A DNA stretch of 64,000 nt from Candidatus Deferrimicrobiaceae bacterium (GCA_963792415.1 CAWBVY010000009.1:64001-128000), one strand, 5' to 3'. Shown: positions 9,431-21,270, counted from the stretch's first letter. The notes: generated by a model not told the origin, from the sequence alone. Translations and numbers: made by a program.

Positions 9431-10366
9431 ATGACCAGGTCGCGATCCGTTTTCAATGTCGTTCTGTCCGGACTGGTGGCGCTGCTCGTCGCGGCCGTCG
9501 TCCCTTCGGCCGTTTCCGCCGCTTCCTGCCGCTGGAAAGACCCGACCGTGCTTCGGAACATCGAATACAGAGAAATCTACGGGAACGCGATACCCCTGGG
9601 GGACGGCGTCTACGAGGGGAAGCCGTTCGTCCCCGGAGGTGCGTCCCGGCCTCGGGTGGAACTGCTCGCCATGCCTCCCGTGCTCCAGGACCTGGACGGG
9701 GACGGGATCGATGACGCCGCCGCACTGCTGGCGGAAAGCTCCGGCGGGAGCGGGGTGTTTACCTACCTGGCCGTCGTTTCCTGCCGGGACGGCAGGGCGG
9801 TCAACATCGGAACCATCGGTCTCGGGGACCGCGTCATGATCCGCTCCATGGCCGGCCGGGAGGGCGCCATCGTCGTGGAATTGGTCACGGCGGGTCCCGG
9901 CGAGGCCCTCTGCTGTCCGACCCGGAAAGTGCGGAACCGATACCGCCTGCGGGACGGGAACCTTCTCCTCGCCTCCTCGGAAGAGCAGGGAACCCTCTCC
10001 CTCGCCGACGTGAGGGGGGTCACATGGCGGCTCTCCCGCCTGGGACGGAACGAGCGCGTTCCGGAAGGCGTGAGGGTCACGGCGGTGTTCGGGGAAGGTA
10101 GGGTCTCGGGGTCGGGCGGCTGCAACCGGTATTCGGCCGGGGTTGTCGAAACCGGCCCCCTGGAGTTCTCGATCGGCCCCGCCGCTTCCACCAAAATGGC
10201 GTGCCCCGATCCGGCCGGGGGGTTCGAGGACAGATATTTCTCCGCCCTCCAGGCGTCGAACCGGTTCGGCTTCCTCCTCGGGGATCTCGTCATTCACCAT
10301 GGGAAGGGGGATGCACGGGAAACGATGGTCTTCGAACGCGAGGTCCCCCGCGACAACCCGGAATGA
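9431..10366 (+). CDS. secreted META (HslJ) domain protein
   Basis: GSGGCNRY, STKMAC motifs; N-terminal DLDGDG/GGSG domain; signal peptide. Confidence 0.85.
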   Translation: MTRSRSVFNVVLSGLVALLVAAVVPSAVSAASCRWKDPTVLRNIEYREIYGNAIPLGDGVYEGKPFVPGGASRPRVELLAMPPVLQDLDGDGIDDAAALLAESSGGSGVFTYLAVVSCRDGRAVNIGTIGLGDRVMIRSMAGREGAIVVELVTAGPGEALCCPTRKVRNRYRLRDGNLLLASSEEQGTLSLADVRGVTWRLSRLGRNERVPEGVRVTAVFGEGRVSGSGGCNRYSAGVVETGPLEFSIGPAASTKMACPDPAGGFEDRYFSALQASNRFGFLLGDLVIHHGKGDARETMVFEREVPRDNPE

Positions 10367-10424
10367 CTGAAGTATTCCCGTTTCCTGCCGATACGAATCG
10401 GAAGATCCCCGTGGGGGCAGGGAA

Positions 10425-11714
10425 ATGGATTTCTCCAGGCTGAAATATATTTCCACCGATGCCCCAACCACCGATGAGCTGGAACTGCTGAACGAATCCA
10501 GGATCCGGATCTCCCAGGTCATCCGGGCCCGCTGGATCATCCTTGGGATCCTGGCGGTGTACGGGGTCGTTCCCTACGCCATTTTCCAGTACTATTCCAT
10601 CGACATCGGTTCGATCACCACCCTGCAGTTCCTCTTCCCGGTACTCGCCTGGTGCGCCATGGCGATCTATAACGCCTTCTTCCTGTTTTCCTACCAGTGG
10701 TTCGCGAACATCCGTCCCCTCAACCAGGCGCAGCTGCTTCTCGACCTGCTGTTCGTCACGGTCGTGATCCATTACAGCGGAGGAGCGGTGTCGTGGTTCT
10801 GGCCGATGTACCTGGTCGTGACCCTCGAATCGGTCCTGCTGATGGAGAAGTCCTCGGACACCTTCGCCTTCGCCCTGGGGGCATCCCTGGCGTACGGCGG
10901 GCTGCTTCAGTTCGAATACTACGGGATCCTCCCGCCCATGAGCATGCCGTTCGAAAACCTCTCCCTCCAGCAGACCCTCCCGTACGGCGTGACGAAGTGG
11001 GCATGGGTGACGATGACCAACATGAGCATGGCCGCCATCGGCGTCTATCTGATGAAGACGATCCGCCACCGGGAGGAGGAGCTCAAGAAGCTCGTCATCA
11101 AGGACAACCTCACCAACCTGTACAATCGCGCGTACTTCTATTATCGGGTCCATTCGGAGATCCAGCGCGCGAAACGGTACAAACGCTCTCTCTCCCTCCT
11201 CATCATGGACATGGACAATTTCAAGCGGTTCAACGACCGGTACGGACACCTCGTCGGGGACCATCTGCTCCGGGTGCTCTCCGGCATCCTTCGGTCGAAC
11301 ATCCGGCACAGCGCCGGGAAGCCGAGCTACGAACTGGACATCCCCTGCCGGTACGGAGGGGACGAGTTCGCCATCATCCTTCCCGAGACGACCTCCCCCC
11401 AGGCGACGATCGTGGCGGAGCGGCTCCGCAAAGAAATCGCCTTGAAATGCGGGCACGAGATGATGGCGCAGATCCAGGCCGCCACCGGCTCCCTCCCGAT
11501 GGAAGTGCCGGAGGTCACGATGAGCGTCGGCGTGGCCTCCTTCCCCGAACACGCGTCGATGACGGAAGCGCTGGTGAAGGCGGCCGACGACGCCATGTAC
11601 GTGTCAAAACGGTCGGAAAAGAACAAGGTGGTCGTATCGGAAACGGTGGCATCTCCCCCCGGCGCTTCTCCACTTGCGGGGGGAGTTCTCCGCACCGCGG
11701 CAATCCGAGAATAA
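10425..11714 (+). CDS. membrane diguanylate cyclase
   Basis: About 6 TMs; D.LT.LYNR, DMDNFK.FND.YGH, RYGGDEF. Confidence 0.92.
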   Translation: MDFSRLKYISTDAPTTDELELLNESRIRISQVIRARWIILGILAVYGVVPYAIFQYYSIDIGSITTLQFLFPVLAWCAMAIYNAFFLFSYQWFANIRPLNQAQLLLDLLFVTVVIHYSGGAVSWFWPMYLVVTLESVLLMEKSSDTFAFALGASLAYGGLLQFEYYGILPPMSMPFENLSLQQTLPYGVTKWAWVTMTNMSMAAIGVYLMKTIRHREEELKKLVIKDNLTNLYNRAYFYYRVHSEIQRAKRYKRSLSLLIMDMDNFKRFNDRYGHLVGDHLLRVLSGILRSNIRHSAGKPSYELDIPCRYGGDEFAIILPETTSPQATIVAERLRKEIALKCGHEMMAQIQAATGSLPMEVPEVTMSVGVASFPEHASMTEALVKAADDAMYVSKRSEKNKVVVSETVASPPGASPLAGGVLRTAAIRE

Positions 11715-12051
11715 CCCGGATTCACCCGAAACAGCCGGAGTATCGGACGGGAAGGTGTCGCAGGGGCGCGGGAATAGAAAGGCGCCGAGTCGGTGGCCGG
11801 TTTGTCGGATTCGGCCTGACGCAGCGCCCGTTCCAGCGCCTTGGCGGTGGTCAGGAATCCATTCCTGGTCGCCACAGCGTTGGGGAGGGCGGTCATTCCG
11901 CCCTCGATTCAATTATCATCCCTCCGGGGCCGGACATCAACCTGAAAATCAATCCTCCCGAGCGGCCCGCGAGACGGGGAGTGCGGGTTTCCGCCTGCGG
12001 CCCCGTTGACCGTTTACCGTCCCATGCGGGAGCGGAGCGCGGGGAAACGCA

Positions 12052-13734
<1,683 letters not shown>

Positions 13735-13841
13735 TCACTCCGTCACGGCGGGTTGGTTGCTCGGGAATATCCGTCCGACCGGATCCCCCGTCTACCATGA
13801 TAAACTTAATTTGCATCCATGGATCCAATAAGGAGGGGGCA

Positions 13842-14393
13842 ATGAAACAATATCGAATTGCCGTTGTCGTAGGCAGTCTTCGCAAGGAGTCGTTCAACCG
13901 CAAGCTTGCCGACGCCGTCGCGAAGCTGGCGCCGCCCGATTTCTCGTTCCACCAGGTGCCGATCGGCGACCTGCCGCTCTACAACCAGGACGACGACGCG
14001 GGCCCGGCCGACGCCGTCAAGCGGCTGAAGAGCGAAATCACCGCTTCCCAGGGCCTCCTGTTCGTCACCGCCGAATACAACCGCTCGATCCCCGGGGTGC
14101 TCAAGAACGCGATCGACCACGCCTCGCGCCCGTACGGCCAGAGCGCCTGGGCTGGCAAGCCCGCCGGAGTGTTGGGGGTTTCGATCGGCCCCATCGGCAC
14201 ATCCCTGGCGCAGCAGCACCTGCGCAATGTCCTCTCGTACCTGGACGTACCGACGCTCGGCCAGCCCGAAGTGTTCCTGCAGGCCAAGGACGAACTGTTC
14301 GACGAGGCCGGCGACATCGGGCCGGCCAGCAGAAAATTCCTTCAGAACTGGATGGATCGGTATGTCGCCTGGGTGAAGAAGCACGCTGCCTGA
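13842..14393 (+). CDS. NADPH-dependent FMN reductase (ChrR/YieF-like)
   Basis: GSLRKESFN, EYNRSIPGVLKNAID, AQQHLR. Confidence 0.9.
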   Translation: MKQYRIAVVVGSLRKESFNRKLADAVAKLAPPDFSFHQVPIGDLPLYNQDDDAGPADAVKRLKSEITASQGLLFVTAEYNRSIPGVLKNAIDHASRPYGQSAWAGKPAGVLGVSIGPIGTSLAQQHLRNVLSYLDVPTLGQPEVFLQAKDELFDEAGDIGPASRKFLQNWMDRYVAWVKKHAA

Positions 14394-14452
14394 GGCGGCC
14401 CGGGGAAACGCTCCGAAGAACTCCGGTCCCCCGGGGGCGACCCGCACCCGGA

Positions 14453-14551
14453 ACGCATGGAGTTCCTCCCCCGGATCAGGAAGAAGATGGCGAAGGCGAC
14501 GATCAGGAAATTGACGACGGTGCCCACGAACATTCCTTCGTTGAAGGCTCC
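14453..14551 (-). pseudogene. mscL: MscL remnant (TM2 only)
   Basis: GAFNEGMFVGTVVNFLIVAFAIFFLIRGRNSMR resembles MscL TM2 (YGxF..NFLIVAF.IF); no TM1 upstream. Confidence 0.7.
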
Positions 14552-14590
14552 TCCCCCCCCCTCACGCGGAGGAAGGAGCCGGCCTGAGGG

Positions 14591-14872
14591 TTATTTCTTC
14601 TTCGTTTCCTTCGCCTTCGCGTCCTTGACCTCGATCGTGGCCGCGGTCATCCGGTATTCGATGGTGACCTTGGAGCCGACCTTGAGGTCCCCCGTGACCT
14701 TCGTGTCCTTGCCGCGGGCGATCTCCCACTTGTCCTTCCCCTTCTGCACGACGATCACGTCGTCCTTGAGCTCCAGGACGGGCCCGGTCACCTGATACGT
14801 GTTCGGCGGGCCGGCAACGGCGAGCGAGGCGACGAGCAGCAGTGCGCAAACGAACAGCAGCGTGCGCTTCAT
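14591..14872 (-). CDS. small secreted beta-rich (OB-fold-like) protein
   Basis: Signal peptide MKRTLLFVCALLLVASLAVA; YQVTGPVLE...LKVGSKVTIEY; GGAGG RBS. Confidence 0.8.
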   Translation of the reverse strand: MKRTLLFVCALLLVASLAVAGPPNTYQVTGPVLELKDDVIVVQKGKDKWEIARGKDTKVTGDLKVGSKVTIEYRMTAATIEVKDAKAKETKKK

Positions 14873-15032
14873 CGGAATCCCTCCTTCGGGCATGCGGGGT
14901 GTGATCGATATAAGTAATTATAGTTTGGTTTTTCAACGCGTTGAAACGCATATTTCCGGTCGTCGCGGGTCGGCCGGTTCCCCGGCCGGATTCCCATCGG
15001 GCATTGCGGCGGTGCCGAAGGGGGGGCTCCTC

Positions 15033-15091
15033 CCGCCATGCGCCCCGTGACGAATCGTTCGCCGATTCCGATGCCGGCCTCCCCCGCGCCG
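15033..15091 (-). repeat. 59-bp orphan copy of a malic enzyme internal segment (12759-12817)
   Basis: 55/59 identical by eye; encodes [19 protein letters not shown]. Confidence 0.85.
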
Positions 15092-15113
15092 GGGAGCGTC
15101 GGGGCCTCGATCG

Positions 15114-16217
15114 TCACTCCCCGTCTTCCGGGCGGAAAACGGACGCGGTCTCGACGGGAAGCGCCAGGCCGACGACGTCCCCTTCGTTCGGCGCCTCCCC
15201 GTCCGTGAGGACCGTGAGGATCCCCCCTGCGGTTTGCACGGAGACGAGCCTCTCCCGGCCGAGATTCTCCGCGGAGACGACGACCCCGCGGAGGGCGGGA
15301 GGTCCGGGATCCCCGGAAATCCTCACGTGCTCGGGGCGCAGGCCGAGAAGGACCCGACGGGTCCCGAGCCCCCGGACTTCCCCGGCCTTTCCGGGAGACA
15401 GGGCGATGGTTTCCTCTCCCATGCGAAGGTGCAGGCGGCCCTTCTCCTCGAAGACCCCCGCATCCAGGAGGTTCATCGGGGCGGGCCCGATGAACGACCC
15501 TGCGAAAGGCGTCCGCGGCGACTCGTAGAGTTCCCGCGGCGTCCCGACCTGGAGAACGCGCCCATCGCGCATGAGGGCCACCCGGTCGCCGAGGGTCATC
15601 GCCTCCGTCTGGTCGTGCGTGACATACAGCGTGGTGACGGCCAGTTCGCGCTGGAGGCGCTTCAACTCCGCCCGGGTCGCGGCACGCAGGGCGGCGTCGA
15701 GGTTCGACAGCGGCTCGTCGAGCAGGAAGAGACGGGGCTTCCGGACGATCGCGCGCGCGATCGCGACCCGCTGGCGCTGCCCCCCGGAGAGCTCTCCCGG
15801 CCGCGCGCGAAGCAGGTCGCCGATCCCGAGCATGGACGCGGCGCGGGCCACCTCCGCCGCGATCGATTCCTCCTTCCCCCCGGCCACGCGCAAGGGGAAG
15901 GCGATGTTCCCGAACACGTCCAGGTGCGGGTAGAGCGCGTAGCTCTGGAAGACCATCGCCACGTTTCGCTCCCGGGGGGAGACGAAGACCTTCTTCCGGG
16001 GCGCCGCCACCAGCTCGCCGTCGAACCGGATCTCCCCCGAGGAGGGCTTCAGCAAACCCGCCGCGAGGGAAAGGAGCGTCGACTTTCCGCAGCCGCTGGG
16101 TCCGAGAAGGACGAACAGTTCCCCTTCGCGGACCGTCAGGTCGACCCCCCGTACCGCCGGGACCTCCCCGCGCTCCGAGACGAAGGTCTTGCCGATCCCG
16201 TGGAACGTCAGCATCAT
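15114..16217 (-). CDS. sugar ABC transporter ATP-binding protein (MalK-like)
   Basis: GPSGCGKS, VFQSYALYPH, LSGGQRQR, DEPLSNLD. Confidence 0.93.
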   Translation of the reverse strand: MMLTFHGIGKTFVSERGEVPAVRGVDLTVREGELFVLLGPSGCGKSTLLSLAAGLLKPSSGEIRFDGELVAAPRKKVFVSPRERNVAMVFQSYALYPHLDVFGNIAFPLRVAGGKEESIAAEVARAASMLGIGDLLRARPGELSGGQRQRVAIARAIVRKPRLFLLDEPLSNLDAALRAATRAELKRLQRELAVTTLYVTHDQTEAMTLGDRVALMRDGRVLQVGTPRELYESPRTPFAGSFIGPAPMNLLDAGVFEEKGRLHLRMGEETIALSPGKAGEVRGLGTRRVLLGLRPEHVRISGDPGPPALRGVVVSAENLGRERLVSVQTAGGILTVLTDGEAPNEGDVVGLALPVETASVFRPEDGE

Positions 16218-17044
16218 TCCTTGACCGCCCCTCTCGTGAGTCCCGTCACGATCCCCCGCTGGAACGCCAGCACCAGGAGGACGACCGGCACGACCGCGAG
16301 CGTCGCCGCCGCCATGATCATGCCCCAGGGGATCTCCCCGTGCAGCCCCTCGAAGAGCGCGATCCCCACGGGGATCGTGCGCGCGTTCCTGCCCGTGGTC
16401 AAGAGAAGCGCGAACAGGAACTCGTTGAAGGCGAAGATGAACGCCAGGATCGCGGTGGAGAGGATCCCGGGGGCGGCGACGGGAACCATCACCTTCCGCA
16501 GCGCGGCAAGCCGGCCGCAGCCGTCGAGGAGCGCCGCGCGGTCGAGGTCCCGGGGGATCCGGGAGAAGTGGCTCGCGAGGATCCACAGGGACAGGGGGAG
16601 GACCCAAGCCGTGTAGGGGAGCACCAGGGCGGCGTAGGTGTTGATCCAGCCCAGGGCGCTCATCATCCGGAAAAGATAGCTCACCAGGCTCACGGGCGGA
16701 AACATGGAGACCGCCAGGACGAGGAAGAGGAAGGACATCCGGCCCGGCAGTTCCAGCCGGGTGACCGCGTAGGCGGCAGGGGCCGCGAGGGCCACGGCGA
16801 GGATGGCGGAAAGCCCCGATACCACGATGCTGTTCACGACATACTCCGGAAAATGGAGCGACCCCGTTCCGAGCACCTCGAGGAAATGCCCGGCGGTCAG
16901 GCGCACCTCCGCTCCCGCGGAGAGAACGTCGGGGCGGCTCGACGCCGCGACGAGGACCATGTAGGCGACCGGCAGGAGGCAGAACGCCGTCATCGCCGCG
17001 GCGCCCACGGTGTAGAGGATCCGGATCCTGCGCTCCTCGCTCAT
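16214..17044 (-). CDS. carbohydrate ABC permease (MalG-like)
   Basis: NSIVVS, AALLDG EAA-like loop, NEFLFAL; ATGA overlap. Confidence 0.9.
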   Translation of the reverse strand: MSEERRIRILYTVGAAAMTAFCLLPVAYMVLVAASSRPDVLSAGAEVRLTAGHFLEVLGTGSLHFPEYVVNSIVVSGLSAILAVALAAPAAYAVTRLELPGRMSFLFLVLAVSMFPPVSLVSYLFRMMSALGWINTYAALVLPYTAWVLPLSLWILASHFSRIPRDLDRAALLDGCGRLAALRKVMVPVAAPGILSTAILAFIFAFNEFLFALLLTTGRNARTIPVGIALFEGLHGEIPWGMIMAAATLAVVPVVLLVLAFQRGIVTGLTRGAVKE

Positions 17045-17931
17045 GCGACCTCCCTCCCGAACCGGCTTGCCCGCAGGTACAGAAGGGAGAGGATGAAGGC
17101 GAGGAGGAACAGGACGACGGAGACCGCCGACCCGTATCCGAAATCCCCCCCGACGAAGAAGCGGTACCCGTACAGGGAAAGGGAGGTCGTGCTCCCTCCC
17201 GGCCCTCCTCCCGTCAGGACGAATATGAGGTCGAAGACGCGCAGGGAGTCGATCGTGCGGAAAAGGAGGGCCACGACGAAGACGGGCCGCAGCAGCGGGA
17301 GCGTGACCCGGAAAAACCGCTGCAAGGGGCCTGCCCGGTCCACCTCGGCCTGCCGGTAGAGGTCCTCCGGGATCGCGGAGAGGCCGGCGAGGAGCAGGAT
17401 CGCGACGAACGGGGTCGTCTTCCATGCGTCCGCCGCGACGAGCGCCAGGAAGGCGCCGGCGGACGTCCCGAGCCAATGGACGGGTCCCTCGGAAAGCCCG
17501 ATTCCGGTCACGAGCGCATTCGCCAGCCCGTACTGGACGTTGTAGATCAGTTCGAAGACCCTCCCGGAGACGGCGGCCGGGATCGCCCAGGGGAGGAGGA
17601 CCCCGGCGCGCAGAAACCCGCGGGCGGAGGTGGGGTGTTCGAGGAGGAGCGCGAAGGCGAGCCCCAGCGCCAGCTCCAGGGGGACGGAGACGAGCGTGAA
17701 GAGCCCCGTGAAGCGGAGGGACTGCCAGAAGCCCGGGTCCGATGCAAGGGACCGGTAATTCCCGAGGCCGATGAAACGCCGCGGAAGGAAGGTCACGTCG
17801 CGGTGCAGGCTGTCCAGGACGGTCCCCATCACGGGGAGGAAGACGAACGCCAGCAGGAGGGCGCACACCGGGGCGAGAAAGGCGTACCCTTTCAGGAGTT
17901 CGCGAAGATCGTGGTCTTTCCTCATGTTCAC
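17041..17931 (-). CDS. carbohydrate ABC permease (MalF-like)
   Basis: GL.NY, WKTTPF, LY.QAEVD, TGGGPG. Confidence 0.9.
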   Translation of the reverse strand: MNMRKDHDLRELLKGYAFLAPVCALLLAFVFLPVMGTVLDSLHRDVTFLPRRFIGLGNYRSLASDPGFWQSLRFTGLFTLVSVPLELALGLAFALLLEHPTSARGFLRAGVLLPWAIPAAVSGRVFELIYNVQYGLANALVTGIGLSEGPVHWLGTSAGAFLALVAADAWKTTPFVAILLLAGLSAIPEDLYRQAEVDRAGPLQRFFRVTLPLLRPVFVVALLFRTIDSLRVFDLIFVLTGGGPGGSTTSLSLYGYRFFVGGDFGYGSAVSVVLFLLAFILSLLYLRASRFGREVA

Positions 17932-17934
17932 GCC

Positions 17935-19230
17935 TCAATCGTACCGCGACAGGACGTCGCGGATTTCCCTCTGGGCGGCGGCGAGCGCCTCCCCGGGGGA
18001 CAACCTGCCGGCCAGGGCGGCGTTCAGGCGGCGCTGGAGGATTTCCGATACCTGGCTGTAGTACGGCACCACCGGGCGGGGCCGGGCGCGTTCGATCACG
18101 GCCCGCAGTTCCCTGTAGTACGGGAGCCGCTCCGCCACTTCCGGATCGTCGTAGACGTCCATCCGCCCGGGGTTCCAGCCGAGGCGGAGGGCGAGCTTCT
18201 TCTGGATCTCGCGGGAGGTGAGAAAACCGATGAGCTTTGCGCCTTCCGCCGCGGCGTCGCCGTACCGGGAAAGGCCGATATGCCATCCCCCCAGGCACGA
18301 CGTGCCGCGGCCCGGCTCGAACCCCGGGAGCGGGGCGGCGCCCGTCACCCCCTTGACCCTGGAGCCCGGCGCCTGGTGAAGGGACCAGGCGTAAGGCCAG
18401 TTCCGCTCGAAGAGCGCGTTCCCCTCCTGGAAAAAGGCGCGCGCCTCCTCCTCCGTCATTTCCGTGTAGGTGTTCGGCGGCGAGATCCCGTATTCGTGGA
18501 TCAGGTCGCGCATGAACCGGAGCGCCTTGCGGTTCCGGGGGGTGTCCACGATCACCTTGCCGCCGACCGTCTCCACCCCGCCGTCCGCTCCCGCGAACTC
18601 CAGGAAGTCACAGACGAGTCCCTCGTACTGCGCTCCCTGCCAGACGAACCCGTAAAACCCGGGACGATCGCGGCGCTCCCCCGCCTGGACCTTGAGAGCG
18701 GCCTCCTTGAGCTGTTCCCAGGTGGCCGGGGGACCGGGGATGCCGTATTTCCGCAGGAGATCGGTCCGGTAATAGAGAATCCCGCCATCCACGTACAGCG
18801 GCAGGGCGACGGTTCGCCCCTGCCATGTGTCGACAAGTTCGAGGATACGGGGGAAGAAGGCATCCCTCGCGCTGCATCCGTCGCGGCCCAGGTGGGTGTC
18901 GAGGGGGGCCAGCCACCCGGAAGCGGCGAATTGCGCCAGCCATGCCACGTCCATGAGAAACACGTCGGGGTCCCTTTCCCGCGCAAGGAGCGCGACGGAA
19001 AGGGTCTGGCGACGAAGGGTCGTGTCGGTGGGTTGGCGCAGAAGGTCGACGCGGATCCCCGTCCGGGCGGTGAACTCCCGGAGGAGCTCCTCCCAGTAAT
19101 CCAGCTCGGAGGGCGCGCCCCCCACGGCGAACGTAAGGGTCTTTACGGGTGGGCGCAGACCGGCAGGGTGCGCATCCCTGGAAGTCCCCAGCAGAAGCAC
19201 GGCGGCGAGAAGGAGGATCCGGGTCCGCAC
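17935..19230 (-). CDS. sugar ABC substrate-binding protein (trehalose/maltose-like)
   Basis: DVAW..QFA, QYEGL.CDF, ERNWPYAW, LGGW, RP..PYY. Confidence 0.88.
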   Translation of the reverse strand: MRTRILLLAAVLLLGTSRDAHPAGLRPPVKTLTFAVGGAPSELDYWEELLREFTARTGIRVDLLRQPTDTTLRRQTLSVALLARERDPDVFLMDVAWLAQFAASGWLAPLDTHLGRDGCSARDAFFPRILELVDTWQGRTVALPLYVDGGILYYRTDLLRKYGIPGPPATWEQLKEAALKVQAGERRDRPGFYGFVWQGAQYEGLVCDFLEFAGADGGVETVGGKVIVDTPRNRKALRFMRDLIHEYGISPPNTYTEMTEEEARAFFQEGNALFERNWPYAWSLHQAPGSRVKGVTGAAPLPGFEPGRGTSCLGGWHIGLSRYGDAAAEGAKLIGFLTSREIQKKLALRLGWNPGRMDVYDDPEVAERLPYYRELRAVIERARPRPVVPYYSQVSEILQRRLNAALAGRLSPGEALAAAQREIRDVLSRYD

Positions 19231-19331
19231 GCGACCTCCGGTACGGTTGCGGGCCCATTCGGCCCGATCGTGATGCCTCGAATCGTATCTTCACCCTGAT
19301 CCGGGCATAATATCAACCGGAGGAGCGTCGG

Positions 19332-19973
19332 ATGCGTGAAGTGATCGAGCCTTTCATCGAACACCAGGGCGAGAAACGCGGCTTCTGGCTCAGGAAGCCG
19401 CGGACCATCGGCGAAAAGCTGCTGCTCGCGAAGAAAGGCAGCCCCCTGCGGATTCCCGGTAAAACCGTGATCCTTCTCGATCCCCGGAGCGCGTTCGGCA
19501 CCGGCGGACACGGCACCACGGAAGGGTGCCTCGCCGCGCTCGAAAAGCGCATCAAGGGGGGCGAGACCGTTCTGGATGTCGGAACCGGTACGGGGATCCT
19601 CGCGATCGCGGCGAGTAAACTCGGGGCCGGTCGTGTCACCGCGATCGACATCGACCCGGTCGCCTGCGCGGAAGCCGTGAGGAACATCGCCTTGAACGGA
19701 ATCGGCGACGGGATCGACGTCATCGAGGGCGGGATCGAATCCGCGAAGGATCGATACGACGTCATCGTCGCGAACCTGAGGACTCCCCTCCTCGTCGACC
19801 TCATGGACAGGCTGACGGAACGCCTCGCCGGGCGCGAAGTGGCGATTTTCTCGGGAATCATGGAGATGGAGCTTCATCCCTTCCTGGCGTTCCTCGATGG
19901 GCGTTGCATGGAAACAGTCGAACTGGAGAGGATCGGCGGCTGGATGACGGTGGTCTCGAGAAAGAGACCGTAG
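19332..19973 (+). CDS. prmA: PrmA-like SAM methyltransferase (short, lacks most of the N-terminal domain)
   Basis: DP.SAFGTG.H.TT, LDVGTGTGILAI, DIDP, VANL, SGI, W near the C-terminus. Confidence 0.65.
   Translation: MREVIEPFIEHQGEKRGFWLRKPRTIGEKLLLAKKGSPLRIPGKTVILLDPRSAFGTGGHGTTEGCLAALEKRIKGGETVLDVGTGTGILAIAASKLGAGRVTAIDIDPVACAEAVRNIALNGIGDGIDVIEGGIESAKDRYDVIVANLRTPLLVDLMDRLTERLAGREVAIFSGIMEMELHPFLAFLDGRCMETVELERIGGWMTVVSRKRP
19926..19968 (+). repeat. direct repeat, left copy (prmA-like 3' end); partner 23594-23636
   Basis: 39/43 identity. Confidence 0.85.
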
Positions 19974-20016
19974 GAATACCCTCTTCCGGGTTTTTTCCTC
20001 TCCGGCATTCCGAATT

Positions 20017-21270
20017 TCACAAAAGGCCGGCCGCGTGGGCGATGTTCCGGAGGATCTTCCACTCCTCGCCGATCCGCGTGCGGGCGGAGGCCCACGGGCT
20101 CGGGTCGATCTTCCGGGGCGACCGCCGGGCGCCCACGAGGGCCTCGTAGATCGCGAGCTGTTTCGAGGCGCTCCGCGGCATCGAGAATTCGCGGGCCGTC
20201 GCCTCCACCCCTTCGGCCAAGCGGCGCCGTTCCCCGGGATGCAGCTCCGCTACCCACCGGAGGGCCTCCCGGAAGGCTTCCGCATCGGGACGCGGGACGA
20301 GACGGCCGTTTACCCCGTCCCGCACCACCTCGCGCGCTCCCGGGGCATCGAGCGCCACCACCGGCACCCCGGCCGCCATCGCCTCCGTCAGCACCATCCC
20401 CTGCGTCTCCGTCAACGACGCGAAGGCGAAGACGTCCATCGCCTTGTAAGCGGAGGCGAGTTCGCTGCCTTGCAGCACCCCGCCGGCGTTGATCCGCCCT
20501 GACAGCCCGTGCCGATCGAAGGTTGCGAGAACCTCCCCCTTGGACGCCCCCTCCCCGATCAGGAGGAAACGCCCACTCGGGTACCTCACGAGGAAGCCCG
20601 CCACGGCCTCGGCGAGAAAGCCCATGTTCTTCTCCGGGGCCAGCCGTCCCACGTGGCCCACGACGAACGGGCGGTCCGGGATCCCCGCCGCCCTCCGGTA
20701 GGCGGAACCGTCCGCCCGGTCGAAGAGATCGAGGTCCACACCCGTCGGGATCACGGCGATGGGGGCCGTGACCCCCCTGCGGAGGAGGAGATCCTCGACC
20801 GTCTCGCTCGGCGCGATCACCGCGTCGCAAAGGTTGCAGTACCCGGTCGTGAGATCGATCACGAAACGTTTGAGCTGCGGGGAATCGCCGGGGACGTAAT
20901 GCGTGTATTGCTCGTACATCGTGTGGTGCGTGAACACCACCGGAAGATCCCGGGAGGCCGCGACCCGCAGGGCGGTGTCGCCCAGGAGAAACGGATGATG
21001 GGAGTGGACCACCTGGGGCAGAAACGCCTTCAGGGCCGCGGACACCCCCCGGGTGATCGGGACGGGCACGGCGAAGTCGCTCCCGTTGAAATGCTGCACC
21101 GCGGGCACGCGAACGACGTCCTGCTCCGTCCGGGGCGGCCCCTCGAACTCCGGGGCCACGACGAGGACACGGTGCCCGCTCTCGCGGAACGCTTCCGTGA
21201 ACCTCCGCACGCTGCCGGCCACCCCGCCCACGTGGGGAGTGAACGTGTTCGTAACCATCAGGATGTTCAC
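20017..21270 (-). CDS. GT4 glycosyltransferase
   Basis: GTG start; PHVGGV, HSHHPF, GRLAPEKN, ETQGMVLTEAMAAG. Confidence 0.9.
   Translation of the reverse strand: MNILMVTNTFTPHVGGVAGSVRRFTEAFRESGHRVLVVAPEFEGPPRTEQDVVRVPAVQHFNGSDFAVPVPITRGVSAALKAFLPQVVHSHHPFLLGDTALRVAASRDLPVVFTHHTMYEQYTHYVPGDSPQLKRFVIDLTTGYCNLCDAVIAPSETVEDLLLRRGVTAPIAVIPTGVDLDLFDRADGSAYRRAAGIPDRPFVVGHVGRLAPEKNMGFLAEAVAGFLVRYPSGRFLLIGEGASKGEVLATFDRHGLSGRINAGGVLQGSELASAYKAMDVFAFASLTETQGMVLTEAMAAGVPVVALDAPGAREVVRDGVNGRLVPRPDAEAFREALRWVAELHPGERRRLAEGVEATAREFSMPRSASKQLAIYEALVGARRSPRKIDPSPWASARTRIGEEWKILRNIAHAAGLL

Noticed and set aside
11715-11906. Small minus-strand ORF MTALPNAVATRNG with RBS-sequestering hairpin
   Set aside because: Runs deep into the GGDEF gene with no recognisable motif; cannot be supported.
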